Source: a cyanobacterium endosymbiont of Braarudosphaera bigelowii (lineage in GTDB: Bacteria; Cyanobacteriota; Cyanobacteriia; Cyanobacteriales; Microcystaceae). From it: a stretch of DNA of 32,000 bases. Of the stretch, positions 1 through 10,484 are shown in pieces. The stretch spans positions 1 through 32,000 of the forward strand of contig NZ_AP024987.1 of the NCBI RefSeq assembly GCF_020885515.1, written 5' to 3'. Numbering within the stretch: position 1 is the first letter of the stretch; every line of letters begins with the position of its first letter. Under the pieces are notes generated by a model, which did not search any database, was not told the origin of the DNA, and saw only the letters and a list, made by a program, of their open reading frames with translations. A program made the position numbers and the translations under genes.

Positions 1-1023
1 ATGCAATTTATTGATCGAGCCGAAATTGAAGTGGAAGGAGGAACAGGAGGTGATGGTATCGTAGCATTTCGAAAAGAAAAATATGTTCCAGCAGGAGGAC
101 CTTCTGGAGGAAACGGAGGTAGGGGAGGTTCAGTTTATTTACAAGCTGTACAAAATTTACAGACTCTTCTCGATTTTCGTTATTCACATTCTTTTAAAGC
201 TGATGATGGAAAAAGGGGAGGACCAAATAATTGCACAGGAGCAACAGGAAAAGATAATATTATTCAAGTTCCTTGCGGAAGCGTGATTTATGATCTCGAA
301 ACTGAAGAAATATTAGGAGATTTGACAACAGATAAACAAATCTTATGTGTTGCTCGAGGAGGAAAAGGAGGGTTTGGTAACAAACACTTTCTTAGTAATC
401 AAAATCGATCTCCTGAAAATGCTTTACCTGGATTAGAAGGAGAACATAAAGTTCTAAGATTAGAATTAAAATTATTAGCAGAAGTTGGTATTATAGGGTT
501 GCCTAATGCTGGAAAATCAACCCTTATATCTTCTTTATCTGCTGCTCGTCCAAAAGTTGCTGATTATCCCTTCACTACTCTGACTCCTAATTTAGGAGTA
601 GTAAAAAAACCTTCAGGAGATGGAACGGTTTTTGCTGATATTCCAGGATTAATTGAAGGAGCTCATGAAGGTATTGGCTTAGGCTATGAATTTCTAAGGC
701 ATATTGAAAGGACTAGTTTATTACTTCACTTAATAGATATCAATGCCGAGGACCCTATTAACAATTATCAAATTATTCAAGATGAGTTAAAAGCTTATGG
801 AAAAGGACTCAACGATCGTTTTCAAATTATAGCTTTAAACAAAATTGATGCTTGCAATCAACAAAATATTGATGCAATAGTAAAACAATTAAATCGATTA
901 ACCAGTGCACCAGTTTTCACTATTTCATCAGTTACGAAAATAGGAACCAAAGAACTATTACAAAACGTTTGGAACTATTTAGATTTAAGAAATAAAAGAA
1001 AAGAATCTTTTATTTCTTCTTAA
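1..1023 (+). CDS. obgE: GTPase Obg/CgtA
   Basis: 340-aa ORF with glycine-rich Obg fold N-terminus (GGTGGDGIVAFRKEKYVPAGGPSGGNGGRGG), G1 motif GLPNAGKSTL, G3 DIPGL and G4 NKID. Confidence 0.97.
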   Translation: MQFIDRAEIEVEGGTGGDGIVAFRKEKYVPAGGPSGGNGGRGGSVYLQAVQNLQTLLDFRYSHSFKADDGKRGGPNNCTGATGKDNIIQVPCGSVIYDLETEEILGDLTTDKQILCVARGGKGGFGNKHFLSNQNRSPENALPGLEGEHKVLRLELKLLAEVGIIGLPNAGKSTLISSLSAARPKVADYPFTTLTPNLGVVKKPSGDGTVFADIPGLIEGAHEGIGLGYEFLRHIERTSLLLHLIDINAEDPINNYQIIQDELKAYGKGLNDRFQIIALNKIDACNQQNIDAIVKQLNRLTSAPVFTISSVTKIGTKELLQNVWNYLDLRNKRKESFISS

Positions 1024-1053
1024 AACATTACCAACAAGAGTTAAATTAAATGA

Positions 1054-1099
1054 CATTAGTATTTACTATTTTTTTATAAAAAAATAGTAAATACTAATG
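1054..1099. repeat. Perfect 46-nt inverted repeat (CATTAGTATTTACTATTTTTTTAT/ATAAAAAAATAGTAAATACTAATG), possible obgE terminator
   Basis: Read directly; self-complementary around 1076/1077, 31 nt after the obgE stop. Confidence 0.75.
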
Positions 1100-1287
1100 C
1101 TTGCCGGAAAATATTTATCTTTTAGAACTCTTAAAATAATTAATTGTTAGATCAAATTTTAATATTAAAAATATTGAATATAATAAAATATGAAAAGCTA
1201 CATAAAACAAACTATTAATCTAGAAGGAAATGAAGATAAATTGTGCTAAGTTAGTTTTTGTATTTACAATACCTCTGAGAAGTAATC

Positions 1288-4200
1288 ATGGTTAAGACCT
1301 CTCCTGAGAAACTTTCAAAAGCGTCTAGACATCAAAAATTAACATCAAGATGGAGAAGACTAGTTAACTTTTTTAAAAAGCCTTTCGTCTTATTCTCTAC
1401 AGGAGTAGTTATATCATTAGGAGTTTTGTTTTACAAAGGAACAAACTATTTTATATATCATGAATTATCATTTATCATCTCATCTAGGTTAAGTAAAATT
1501 CTAGAAAGAGATGTGAAAATTGGATTAATTGAAAGTTTTTCCATCAATTCTGTTCAGATTGGAAATTCATCTATTTCTGCAGCAGAAAATAGAGGAGACT
1601 ATATTGATATTCAGAATGCTACTATTACTATAAACTTTTTTACTTTTCTAATAAAACAAACTTTAGATATTGATATTTTCCTTAACAATTCGAACTTTTA
1701 TATTAGCCAAGATAAATATGGAAAATGGGCTGCACTGCCAGAGTTGAAACTACAAGGTAAATTGGATTTACCTATAAAGATCAAGACTAATCTTTATTTA
1801 AATAATGTTAATGTTTTTGTACTTCCTAATAAATTTGAAAATATAACAAAATTTGATGTTAATGGAGAATGGTCATATACATATAACTCAAATGATTATC
1901 AAAAAATAAATTATTTTATAAACATTAGCTCATTAGATAGTGAAATTAATATTGAAGGTCTTACTAATATAAAATCTTGGAAAACTAGAGCAAAAATAAT
2001 AGTTAACAAACTTGTTTTAAATAAATTATTTGCTCTAGGCAATAATTTATCTACTCAGTTGAGTAACGGATTCCTAAATACAGACTTAAATTTTTCCTTA
2101 CCTTCACTAAAAGAAATAGAAAAAACTAAAGGAGTAGGAAGAGTAGAAGTTACCAATTTTATATCAACAATTAAAAATTTAAAATCTCCAATAGATATAT
2201 ATCTAGGCCTTGAGGTTATTGGACAAACACTTAAGTTGAATAAAACTAAAATATTATTTGGAGATACCATAACAAAACTCGAAGGTTCTATTAATTTACA
2301 AAAAGGTTATGATATTCGTATTAATTCTAGCTATTCTCTAACTAATAAATTTTCAGATTTTCTTGTTAATGAATTACAACCAAAATTATATGGAAATATA
2401 AAGAGTGAAATACAATTAACTGGTAAGATTACAAATCCTATTTTTACAGGGATAATTAAGAATAGTGAACCACTATTAATTAAAAATAATTTTGTTAAAA
2501 ATTTCCAAATTATATTTAAGGCTAGTTTAAACCAAATTAATCTCAAGCTTCTTCAAATTCAGACAATTGGAGGAGGAGATATTTTCGCAGCAGGAGTAGC
2601 CTATATAAATTTTTTTAGTTTAATAAACGGAAATAATTTTATAGATTGGCAAACAGCTCCTATGCTATTAGGCTTACAAATGAATCTTCCGGTTGAAAAT
2701 ATTTTAAGTTCTTATTATCAGTTGCCTAAAAACCTTATAGTTGGTGATTTAAAAATCCATGGAGAATTTAAGGGTAATATCGGAAAACCCCAGGGGAAAA
2801 TTATATGGTTTTCTCCGTACATAATAAAAACCACAAAACAACAATTATCTGGACAAGGAATAATAAATTTTGACGGAGAAAATATTTCTCTCAAAGATAC
2901 AGTACTTAATTCTGGTAAAGGAAATCTTCGGCTTGTAGGAATAGGCAATACAAAAAACAAAAAATGGAGCAGTCTAATTGTTGCAAATCAATTTTCTTTT
3001 GATCCACTGATACAATTATCTTGTACTTTAATTACATGCCCCAAAAATCTAACAATTCAACCTATAACTTTACGCAAAGGAACTATTAGATTAACAGGTC
3101 GATTAGATAATTTTATTATCAATAGTGTTGACAGTATAGAAAGGCTCCTATTAGTTATAGGAAATAGCAAAATATATATTAAAACAAAATTTTCCAAAAA
3201 ATATATATCAGGAAATATTTTTCTTTCAGATCTACTACTCAACAAATATTTCTCTTTTTTACCTACCTCTTTGGAAATTAGTCAAAGCAATATAAATTTT
3301 AATGGTTCTCTTGTTAACTTATTTCAAAATAAAATTTCTGGTATTAGGGATTTTAACATTGGTGGAACTATTCAAACGTCTTTAGGGAATAATCCTTTAA
3401 CTACTAATATACAAATTAGAAATGGTATCCTAACTTCTTTTACTAAAGCCAACTATCTTTTTTTTAATTCTCATATTCCTGTTCCTATTTTACCTAATCA
3501 ATTACAAACTAACACTAGTAATATAACCATTACTGGCAATATAAAACCTTTCCTTTCTTCCTTCGGTACGAATCCGAATATTGATAGCTTTAGTGGAAGC
3601 GCTAACATAGAGTTTTTTTTAGATAATAACCCCATTAAGATTACAGGTAACTTAGATAAAGGCACTATACGTGGGGTAACACAAATTTCTAATTTTTCTC
3701 TAGATAATTTTCTTGCTGATTTATCTGTTTCGGACCATAAAGTTAAAGGACAAATAGCTATTTCAAGTAAACTATTACCCTTAATTAGAGAAAAGCCTGA
3801 TCTTACTAGTACAGAAGCTAATATTAGTTTGCAATTAATAGCAGGAAAAGGAAGTGTAAATACGATAACTTATTTAAAAGATAATAAATGGAATTCTAAA
3901 ATTAATGTATTTGAGTTTAATCCAATATTAATTTTGAATAACATCATTCCTAACACGCTAAAAACCAATATTATTAATTTGAACGCTCAAGCAATGTTAT
4001 CTGGTGATATATCAAATTTATTTAACAAAAAAGAAAATTTACTAATCAAAGCTAAAAATATAATCATTCAATCCAAGAAATATAAACAATCTTTGAATGC
4101 GACTGGGGATATCTTTATTTCTAGCATATTTACAAAACCTGATATGGACGCTTATCTTTCCTTAGAAATAAACTCAATCTTTGACAAAATAGACTTAAAT

Positions 4201-7200
4201 CAATTCTTTCCATCAGTTTCTTCTAAAATAAAGCTTCTCACCAAAGAATTACAGTTTAAAGGCAACGGAAGATTTAAAGGAACCTTAATTATAAAAAAAT
4301 TGTTAACCGATATACTATCTGAAGGAAATCTTCAAGTACTAGGAGATTTAATTCTTCAAGATTTTGCTATCAATGAGCAAATCTTTGAACCTTTGCTAAT
4401 AGGCAAAGTTAACATTCCTCTAGGGAAAAACATTTTTGTAGATTTAGAGGGCTCTGAAGATATTATTAAGATGTCTTTGCAACCATGTATTCAGTTAAAG
4501 TGTTCTTTACCATATCTCCCATCATTCTTTACATTGCTTCAAAAATTTGGTTCAGAAACATCAATAACTATACAGAGTAAATTAAAAAGAGACAATATAT
4601 TTATTACTGTTAAAGATCTCCCACTTAACATTTTTAATATACTATCTAGTAAAAACTACAATATATCCAATTACACTTCAGGTTTATTAGATACGAAAAT
4701 TGTTATAAATCCTTTTACTTTAGAGGGAAAAGGAAAACTTAAAATTAAAAATCCCAGTATCGACTTTATTGAAACACCACAGTTGGAAGCCAATATAGCT
4801 TATAAAAATAATATTATTAATTTGCAAAGTATTACTTTAGGCTTGAAAAAAAGTTTGTATCAAGCACAAGTATCAATCAATTTAATATCAGAAGATATTA
4901 GTGGTATGTTAAGTGTAAAAGAAGGTCAAGTAAAAGACTTATTTGCTACATTAAAGATTTTTAATATTGAACGTTTACTTGACTTATTTCAACTCAAACC
5001 TATTGATGACCAAGATATAACAGAAAAAATTCCCGAATCAATAGGTAATGCTGATGCTAATATTGCAGAACAAATTAATTTATTAGCTATTATTGATCAA
5101 GAGATACGTGATCTAGCCGATAAGAAAGAAAAATGGGGAGTTCCTACTGAACTTGATATTCGTGGACACTTTGATACAAATATTATTCTAGGAGGTAATT
5201 TACGTAATCCTAAATTGGATATCACATTAACAGGTAAAAATTGGGAATGGCATTCTCAAGAGCCATATCGTGATGTAATAAATCCCTTAGGTTTAATTAT
5301 TCGACGCCAATCATTTATTCCTATTAACGAAGTGTTGATTAATGCCAAACTTGCAAATGACATTATAAATATTAATCCTGCTTTTATTCAAATTAATGGG
5401 ACTAGTATTGGGCTAGATGGAAAGTTTTCTTTGCAAGAAATTGATGCCAATTGGCAGGTCAACTATTTTTCAATTGATACCATTAAAAACTTTATTAATC
5501 TTCCAATAAATGCCACAGGAGCATTGAATGCATCAGGTTCTATTGTTGGAAATACTTTTAACCCTCATCTCCAAGGTAAATTTGCCTTTGTAGACGCTGC
5601 ATTTCAGGGACAGTCATTAAATTCAACTATTGAAGGGCAATTTAGTTATGAAAATTCACGATTTCAACTTTTGACTAATGAATCATCAATAATATTTACA
5701 TCTGTTAATATTCCATTCATAAATTATGAAGAAAGTAATGAATTCGATATTAATATTCAATTAGATACAGAAGCACTTCAATTATTAAGCATCATCACAA
5801 ATGAACAAGTCTTTTTAACTAGTGGAGAAGGTCAAATTAATGCACAAGCGACAGGTCAGTTAGATGCATCTCAGGGGTTGTTATTATCAGACTTAAGTAT
5901 AGGAGGTTCCATCATTCTTAATGAAACAGTATTTCAGAGTAAGATGCTATCTCAACCATTAACTGTTAGTGGAAAAATTAAAATTAACAAACAAATTATT
6001 GATGTTAAGGAAATACAAGGTAACTTTGCTGATAGTACCTTGAAAATCAGTGGTATTTTGCCCTTGTTTCAACCACGAAAAAATTTAAAGAACCCTTTGA
6101 TTATTTCAATTGACAAGGGAGAGATAAAGTTAGAAGAACTTTACAAAGGTATAGTAGATGGTGAATTGACAATAACAGGTGCAGCTATTCAACCAATTAT
6201 TGGTGGTCAAATAAAACTAATTGATGGACAAATATTTTTACCAACAAAAATAGAGAATCAAGAGGAAACTGTTGCTCAAATTAATCAGTGGGTGAAAAGA
6301 AGATCGAGACAAAATAATACAAACAATCAATTTATTTCTTTTATTCCTGAATTACAAGATTTGCAACTAAGCCTAGAAAATTTATTTATCGAAGTTTTAC
6401 CTTTATTTAGATTTGATTTTGGTGGTGACGTTATGCTTAGTGGATCTTTAACAGACTTTACTTCAGTAAGGCCGGAAGGAGAAATTACTATCAATAAAGG
6501 CTTAGTTAATTTTTTAGATACTCGCTTTTTCGTCGAGCGAAGAAAAGATAATAAAATTGTTTTTGTTCCAGAGAAAGGATTATTAAATCCTAGCTTAGAT
6601 ATCGCAATGAGAGCTATCGTTTCAGAAGTTCCTGATACATCTAGAAACTTTCGTACAGGTGATACTACTGAAATTCCTGATGATAGTTTAAGTAAAGTAC
6701 AAAGAATTGATATCGATTTATCTCTTGATGGCCCTCTATCTCAGCTAATCCCAAATCTAGGAAAGGATATAAATCAAGTTTGTCAAATAAATAATTTACT
6801 TAAGCCGATTCAAAATACTACTCATCTATCTGAAAGAGATCTAGAAACTGCTAGTATCTGTCTACAAGCTATCACGACAAAAGGAGCAGTAGGAGAGCAA
6901 TTATTAAGCAATCCTGTTATTAATTTAACAAGCAATCCACCACGATCTCAAGGAGAAATTGTTCGTTTATTAGGAGAACATTTTTTGGTTTTGGCCGAAG
7001 AATTACAAAATCAAAATACAGAGCAATTATTACAATTTGGAATTGTTCAATTAGCCTTGCCGATGGTATTTCAAAGTTTTATTTATGATTTAGAATCATC
7101 TGTAAATGAGGTCATTAATAGTGCAGATTTTCGACTTGTTCCTTTTTTGGAAACTATATATGAGGTTGAAAATAAGGGTTATGTACGTTTTTCTTATGAT

Positions 7201-7245
7201 TATGCTCTTAATGGATTTCGCATCAAGTACGAAAAGCGCTTCTAA
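1288..7245 (+). CDS. tamB: TamB/DUF490-like translocation and assembly module protein
   Basis: 1985-aa ORF with N-terminal TM segment, long beta-rich AsmA/TamB-like repeats and C-terminal DUF490-like region (DIDLSLDGPLSQLIPNLG..., ..YEVENKGYVRFSYDYALNGFRIKYEKRF). Confidence 0.88.
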   Translation: MVKTSPEKLSKASRHQKLTSRWRRLVNFFKKPFVLFSTGVVISLGVLFYKGTNYFIYHELSFIISSRLSKILERDVKIGLIESFSINSVQIGNSSISAAENRGDYIDIQNATITINFFTFLIKQTLDIDIFLNNSNFYISQDKYGKWAALPELKLQGKLDLPIKIKTNLYLNNVNVFVLPNKFENITKFDVNGEWSYTYNSNDYQKINYFINISSLDSEINIEGLTNIKSWKTRAKIIVNKLVLNKLFALGNNLSTQLSNGFLNTDLNFSLPSLKEIEKTKGVGRVEVTNFISTIKNLKSPIDIYLGLEVIGQTLKLNKTKILFGDTITKLEGSINLQKGYDIRINSSYSLTNKFSDFLVNELQPKLYGNIKSEIQLTGKITNPIFTGIIKNSEPLLIKNNFVKNFQIIFKASLNQINLKLLQIQTIGGGDIFAAGVAYINFFSLINGNNFIDWQTAPMLLGLQMNLPVENILSSYYQLPKNLIVGDLKIHGEFKGNIGKPQGKIIWFSPYIIKTTKQQLSGQGIINFDGENISLKDTVLNSGKGNLRLVGIGNTKNKKWSSLIVANQFSFDPLIQLSCTLITCPKNLTIQPITLRKGTIRLTGRLDNFIINSVDSIERLLLVIGNSKIYIKTKFSKKYISGNIFLSDLLLNKYFSFLPTSLEISQSNINFNGSLVNLFQNKISGIRDFNIGGTIQTSLGNNPLTTNIQIRNGILTSFTKANYLFFNSHIPVPILPNQLQTNTSNITITGNIKPFLSSFGTNPNIDSFSGSANIEFFLDNNPIKITGNLDKGTIRGVTQISNFSLDNFLADLSVSDHKVKGQIAISSKLLPLIREKPDLTSTEANISLQLIAGKGSVNTITYLKDNKWNSKINVFEFNPILILNNIIPNTLKTNIINLNAQAMLSGDISNLFNKKENLLIKAKNIIIQSKKYKQSLNATGDIFISSIFTKPDMDAYLSLEINSIFDKIDLNQFFPSVSSKIKLLTKELQFKGNGRFKGTLIIKKLLTDILSEGNLQVLGDLILQDFAINEQIFEPLLIGKVNIPLGKNIFVDLEGSEDIIKMSLQPCIQLKCSLPYLPSFFTLLQKFGSETSITIQSKLKRDNIFITVKDLPLNIFNILSSKNYNISNYTSGLLDTKIVINPFTLEGKGKLKIKNPSIDFIETPQLEANIAYKNNIINLQSITLGLKKSLYQAQVSINLISEDISGMLSVKEGQVKDLFATLKIFNIERLLDLFQLKPIDDQDITEKIPESIGNADANIAEQINLLAIIDQEIRDLADKKEKWGVPTELDIRGHFDTNIILGGNLRNPKLDITLTGKNWEWHSQEPYRDVINPLGLIIRRQSFIPINEVLINAKLANDIININPAFIQINGTSIGLDGKFSLQEIDANWQVNYFSIDTIKNFINLPINATGALNASGSIVGNTFNPHLQGKFAFVDAAFQGQSLNSTIEGQFSYENSRFQLLTNESSIIFTSVNIPFINYEESNEFDINIQLDTEALQLLSIITNEQVFLTSGEGQINAQATGQLDASQGLLLSDLSIGGSIILNETVFQSKMLSQPLTVSGKIKINKQIIDVKEIQGNFADSTLKISGILPLFQPRKNLKNPLIISIDKGEIKLEELYKGIVDGELTITGAAIQPIIGGQIKLIDGQIFLPTKIENQEETVAQINQWVKRRSRQNNTNNQFISFIPELQDLQLSLENLFIEVLPLFRFDFGGDVMLSGSLTDFTSVRPEGEITINKGLVNFLDTRFFVERRKDNKIVFVPEKGLLNPSLDIAMRAIVSEVPDTSRNFRTGDTTEIPDDSLSKVQRIDIDLSLDGPLSQLIPNLGKDINQVCQINNLLKPIQNTTHLSERDLETASICLQAITTKGAVGEQLLSNPVINLTSNPPRSQGEIVRLLGEHFLVLAEELQNQNTEQLLQFGIVQLALPMVFQSFIYDLESSVNEVINSADFRLVPFLETIYEVENKGYVRFSYDYALNGFRIKYEKRF

Positions 7246-7293
7246 AGAAATTTACTTGTTTCAAAGTTTTAAAAGCGCTGCTTATAATAATAT

Positions 7294-7860
7294 TTAGGTG
7301 CGAGAAAAAGAAACTATCCAAGTACCAACATAGACTCTAAGTGGAATTTGTCCAGATGTTAAAATATCACAAATAAAATAATAAGTACCAGAACTAGGAT
7401 TTTTAAGATTCGAAAATACAAGTTCAACTGAACTTCCTGCTTCAAGATCTTTCTCTAGATCAATTTCCAGTACACGACTTTCTCTATCCCAATAAATTTC
7501 TCTAATTGGAATAGACTTGCCATCAACACGAACATTTACTGACTTTGTATTAAATTTACCATCAAACTTTGGATCTTTAAGATAAGATACAAAGAATTTA
7601 CTAACACCTTGAGTTAATTTTTTTTTTGGCACACGTAATCTCATACGTTCACCATAAAATTTAGGACGCCCATTAAAATCAAGCTTATATTCTAAAATGT
7701 CACTACGATTTTCTATACCACTAAAAATAACTAATCCCGAATTTCCATTAGCCATAGAAAGATTCGGAAATAAAGTAAACAAACATCCAGATAAAGCTAA
7801 AGATGCTAATACTTTAGAATGTTTGAAAATTTCTATTGTTAAAGTTTTTACTGTTTTCAT
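7294..7860 (-). CDS. DUF2808-type secreted protein
   Basis: Minus-strand ORF (track 7294-7905); likely start at internal Met MKTVKTLTIEIFKHSKV.. followed by a signal-like segment; GRPKFYGERMRLRVPKKKL and LKNPSSGTYYF resemble cyanobacterial DUF2808. Confidence 0.7.
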   Translation of the reverse strand: MKTVKTLTIEIFKHSKVLASLALSGCLFTLFPNLSMANGNSGLVIFSGIENRSDILEYKLDFNGRPKFYGERMRLRVPKKKLTQGVSKFFVSYLKDPKFDGKFNTKSVNVRVDGKSIPIREIYWDRESRVLEIDLEKDLEAGSSVELVFSNLKNPSSGTYYFICDILTSGQIPLRVYVGTWIVSFSRT

Positions 7861-8128
7861 ATGGAACTTATTGGATAAGTATTTCTTTTTAGTACAGGAT
7901 AGCATTACATTAATTAATCATGATGTAATAATAAAATGACTAATAGATTTTTCTTGAATTAATTATCATTAGTTAAGTTAAGAAATTTTTCTTTTTACGT
8001 AATCAAGCTTAAATTTTCTGTTATTTAGATAAGCTTGAAAGAAACATATTCAATATAAGAACATAAATATATTTATTAATTATGTATAAAAAGAAAGGTT
8101 AAATAGCTTTAAATTTGATTGTTAAAAT

Positions 8129-8158
8129 AAACAAGAGTAATGATTTCTACTTTTGTTT
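8129..8158 (-). terminator. Probable terminator of the grxC-gshB-ycf49-DUF3593 cluster, overlapping the DUF3593 stop
   Basis: AAACAAGAGTA/TACTTTTGTTT 11-bp stem with one G-T pair; on the minus strand it is followed by TTTATTTTAA-like sequence. Confidence 0.45.
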
Positions 8159-8443
8159 ACTTCTATATTTAATTATTTCTTCATAAAATCCAAAAACAAC
8201 TAAAGTATTGGACAATGTGAGAAATAATTCAGCTCCTCCATGTAGCCAGTCAATATTAGCTAATTCTTCTTTATATACCATTTTTGCGAAAATACCAGAG
8301 GGAACCGTTATAGCAACAAAAATTAATAAACAATAAAAACCGATTAATGCTAACCTTGGAGTTTCTTTTACATATGTTAAAAACCACAAAAAACCAAGAT
8401 ATGGAAACAAAGATAATAAAAATAGTGTATCTGTAGATAGCAT
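8147..8443 (-). CDS. DUF3593-type small membrane protein
   Basis: 98-aa ORF with three hydrophobic segments, adjacent to the Ycf49-like gene; sequence resembles the cyanobacterial DUF3593 family from recall. Confidence 0.65.
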   Translation of the reverse strand: MLSTDTLFLLSLFPYLGFLWFLTYVKETPRLALIGFYCLLIFVAITVPSGIFAKMVYKEELANIDWLHGGAELFLTLSNTLVVFGFYEEIIKYRSKQK

Positions 8444-8513
8444 GATAAATTATCTGACTATTTAAAACTTAGTAAAATTAGAGTACATCGTATATTTATC
8501 ATTGATAGATAAA

Positions 8514-8852
8514 TTAACTTAATTTGCTTAATTCCGTATTAGGTTTAGCGATAGATTGAGAAGTAGAATGACGAAAAATATGTCTCCCAGCAAGGCATAA
8601 AGTACTATTACCTAATAAGGTTAATGTTGCTTGTATAGTTACCAACCAATCTAAAGATGGAAGATTGTCAAAAAAATGCCAAATACATGCGCATGCAGCA
8701 CTAGCTAATGAAGGTAACATGGCAAATGAAAGTACCTTCCAATAGTTCCTTTTACTTACTTCTGCATAAGTCCATACAAGCCAGATAGCAATTATCCATT
8801 CAGTTACGCTGGCAATGTGAATCATCCATGTTGGAATTGAAAGTAAAGTCAT
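8514..8852 (-). CDS. Ycf49-like / DUF2499 membrane protein
   Basis: 112-aa ORF; MIHIASVTEWIIAIWLVWTYAE...LPSLASAACACIWHFFDN...LTLLGNSTLC is typical of Ycf49-like proteins. Confidence 0.75.
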   Translation of the reverse strand: MTLLSIPTWMIHIASVTEWIIAIWLVWTYAEVSKRNYWKVLSFAMLPSLASAACACIWHFFDNLPSLDWLVTIQATLTLLGNSTLCLAGRHIFRHSTSQSIAKPNTELSKLS

Positions 8853-8883
8853 AGTTCAAAGTCAATACATTAATTACAATTTT

Positions 8884-9843
8884 TTATTGAGATACTGCCC
8901 ATTCAATGACTTCTTGGCCTAAATTTTTTTGATCAAGATTATTAATCTCCCTAATACCAGTGGGACTGGTAACATTTACTTCAGTAAGATAGCCACCTAT
9001 CACATCAATTCCTACAAAATATAAACCATCTTGACGTAGTTTTTCTCCTAAAGTTTTACATATATTGTACTCTTGAGAATTAATTTTTGCCTTTTCAACT
9101 CTTCCTCCAACAGCCATATTACCTCTAAATTCTTTGCCAGTAGGTACTCTGTTTACTGCTCCTATAGGTTCACCATTCAATAAGATAATTCGTTTATCTC
9201 CATATCTTGCTTCAGGAAGGAACTGCTGTATCATTACGGGCTCTTGTCCCTGGTATGTACTAATTTCAATAATTGAATTCAGATTAGGATCCTTCAAATC
9301 TAAAATTAAAATTCCTTCTCCAGCTTTACCTCCTAAAGGTTTTAAAACAGCCATCTTATATGTATCTACAAAATTATGGATGGCTTCTTTATCTTTACTT
9401 ACTATAGTTGCTGGCATAAACTGATGAAACTGTAAAGCATATATCTTTTCATTAGCTTCTCTTAATCCTCTAGGTGAGTTAAGAACTAAGGTATTCATAG
9501 GATTAATCATATCTAAAATATATGTTGCATAGAGATAACGAATGTTAACAGGAGGATCTTTCCTCATAAAAACTACATTCATAGTATCTAAACATATTAA
9601 TTCTATTGAGGATATCTCATACCAAGAATAATTTTTAAGTTTTTGTTTTTCTCTAAAAAACGTTGGATTAACCTTTATTTGGGACATCTTTGCCCAAGCT
9701 TTCCCTTTAATAATACTAAGTTTATTAATTTCGGTAATCCATACCTCATGTCCTAAATCTTGAGATGCCTCTATCATGGCGACAGTACTATCATGATTTG
9801 GTTCAAGTTTTGAAATAGGATCAATAATAAATGCTAACTTCAT
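8884..9843 (-). CDS. gshB: Glutathione synthetase
   Basis: 319-aa ORF; RKDPPVN, KPLGGKAGEGI, EARYGDKRIILLNGEPIGAVNRVP, FVGIDVIGGYLTEVNVTSPTGIREI are GshB ATP-grasp motifs. Confidence 0.96.
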   Translation of the reverse strand: MKLAFIIDPISKLEPNHDSTVAMIEASQDLGHEVWITEINKLSIIKGKAWAKMSQIKVNPTFFREKQKLKNYSWYEISSIELICLDTMNVVFMRKDPPVNIRYLYATYILDMINPMNTLVLNSPRGLREANEKIYALQFHQFMPATIVSKDKEAIHNFVDTYKMAVLKPLGGKAGEGILILDLKDPNLNSIIEISTYQGQEPVMIQQFLPEARYGDKRIILLNGEPIGAVNRVPTGKEFRGNMAVGGRVEKAKINSQEYNICKTLGEKLRQDGLYFVGIDVIGGYLTEVNVTSPTGIREINNLDQKNLGQEVIEWAVSQ

Positions 9844-9851
9844 TAGTTTAC

Positions 9852-10121
9852 CTACTCTGCTAATAACTTATCTAGATCTCCCGTTAACTCCATAGAATAT
9901 AAATCATCACAACCTCCAATAAACTTATCATTAATAAAAATTTGAGGTAAGCTACTTTTTCCTTGAGTTCTTTTAGTCATTTGAGCCCTAGCAGTTTCAT
10001 CCCCGTCAATACAGTACTCAATAAATTCTACTTTCTTTTGATCTAGTAGAGCCTTAGCCCGAATACAAAAAGGGCAAGAACTCCATGTATATATTTCTAC
10101 GTTAGGCATTATGTGTACCAA
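9852..10121 (-). CDS. grxC: Glutaredoxin 3
   Basis: 89-aa ORF with CPFC active site (TWSSCPFCIRAKALL) and GGCDDL motif; 8 nt upstream of gshB. Confidence 0.93.
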   Translation of the reverse strand: MVHIMPNVEIYTWSSCPFCIRAKALLDQKKVEFIEYCIDGDETARAQMTKRTQGKSSLPQIFINDKFIGGCDDLYSMELTGDLDKLLAE

Positions 10122-10151
10122 AAATATTAGTAATATTGATAATTGTACTAG

Positions 10152-10185
10152 TTTATGACTATTTGCTACGCTAATAAGTCATAAA
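10152..10185. repeat. Inverted repeat TTTATGACT-N16-AGTCATAAA between divergent genes
   Basis: Perfect 9-bp arms read directly; same arm sequence recurs at 28503-28533. Confidence 0.6.
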
Positions 10186-10484
10186 AAAATTTAAGTATAA
10201 TAAACATTTTTATACTTTATTTAAGCTATTAAAATTGTAATTTTTTTTTGCTAAGTTAATAGCAAGAAAATTTAAGCTTGAATAATCAGAATACTAAGAT
10301 AATCTTTAAAAATTAGACACCGTAATGTTATAACCTTTTTTGATAATTATGTCAGAATTATTATTTTCTATTAAGTTACAAAAATAATATATTTCAAATC
10401 ATATCTAGTTTATATCCTAAGAAACAAGTTAAAACGATTTATACTAGATATGAGAAAGTTTACTAAATTTTTCTAACATTTACC

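Noticed and set aside
83-286. 67-aa + strand ORF
   Set aside because: Alternative frame inside obgE.
2055-3245. Minus-strand ORFs of 62-80 aa at 2055-2270, 2331-2546, 2718-2960, 3057-3245
   Set aside because: All are antisense to the long tamB-like gene with no recognisable motif; shadow ORFs.
7106-7297. 63-aa + strand ORF
   Set aside because: Alternative frame of the tamB-like 3' end; no support.
7697-7939. 80-aa + strand ORF
   Set aside because: Antisense to the DUF2808 gene; no motif.
8004-8020. 17-mer shared in inverted orientation with about 10265-10281 (AGAAAATTTAAGCTTGA)
   Set aside because: In 32 kb of AT-rich DNA about one such exact pair is expected by chance; no further structure.
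9134-9424. 96-aa + strand ORF
   Set aside because: Antisense to gshB; shadow ORF.
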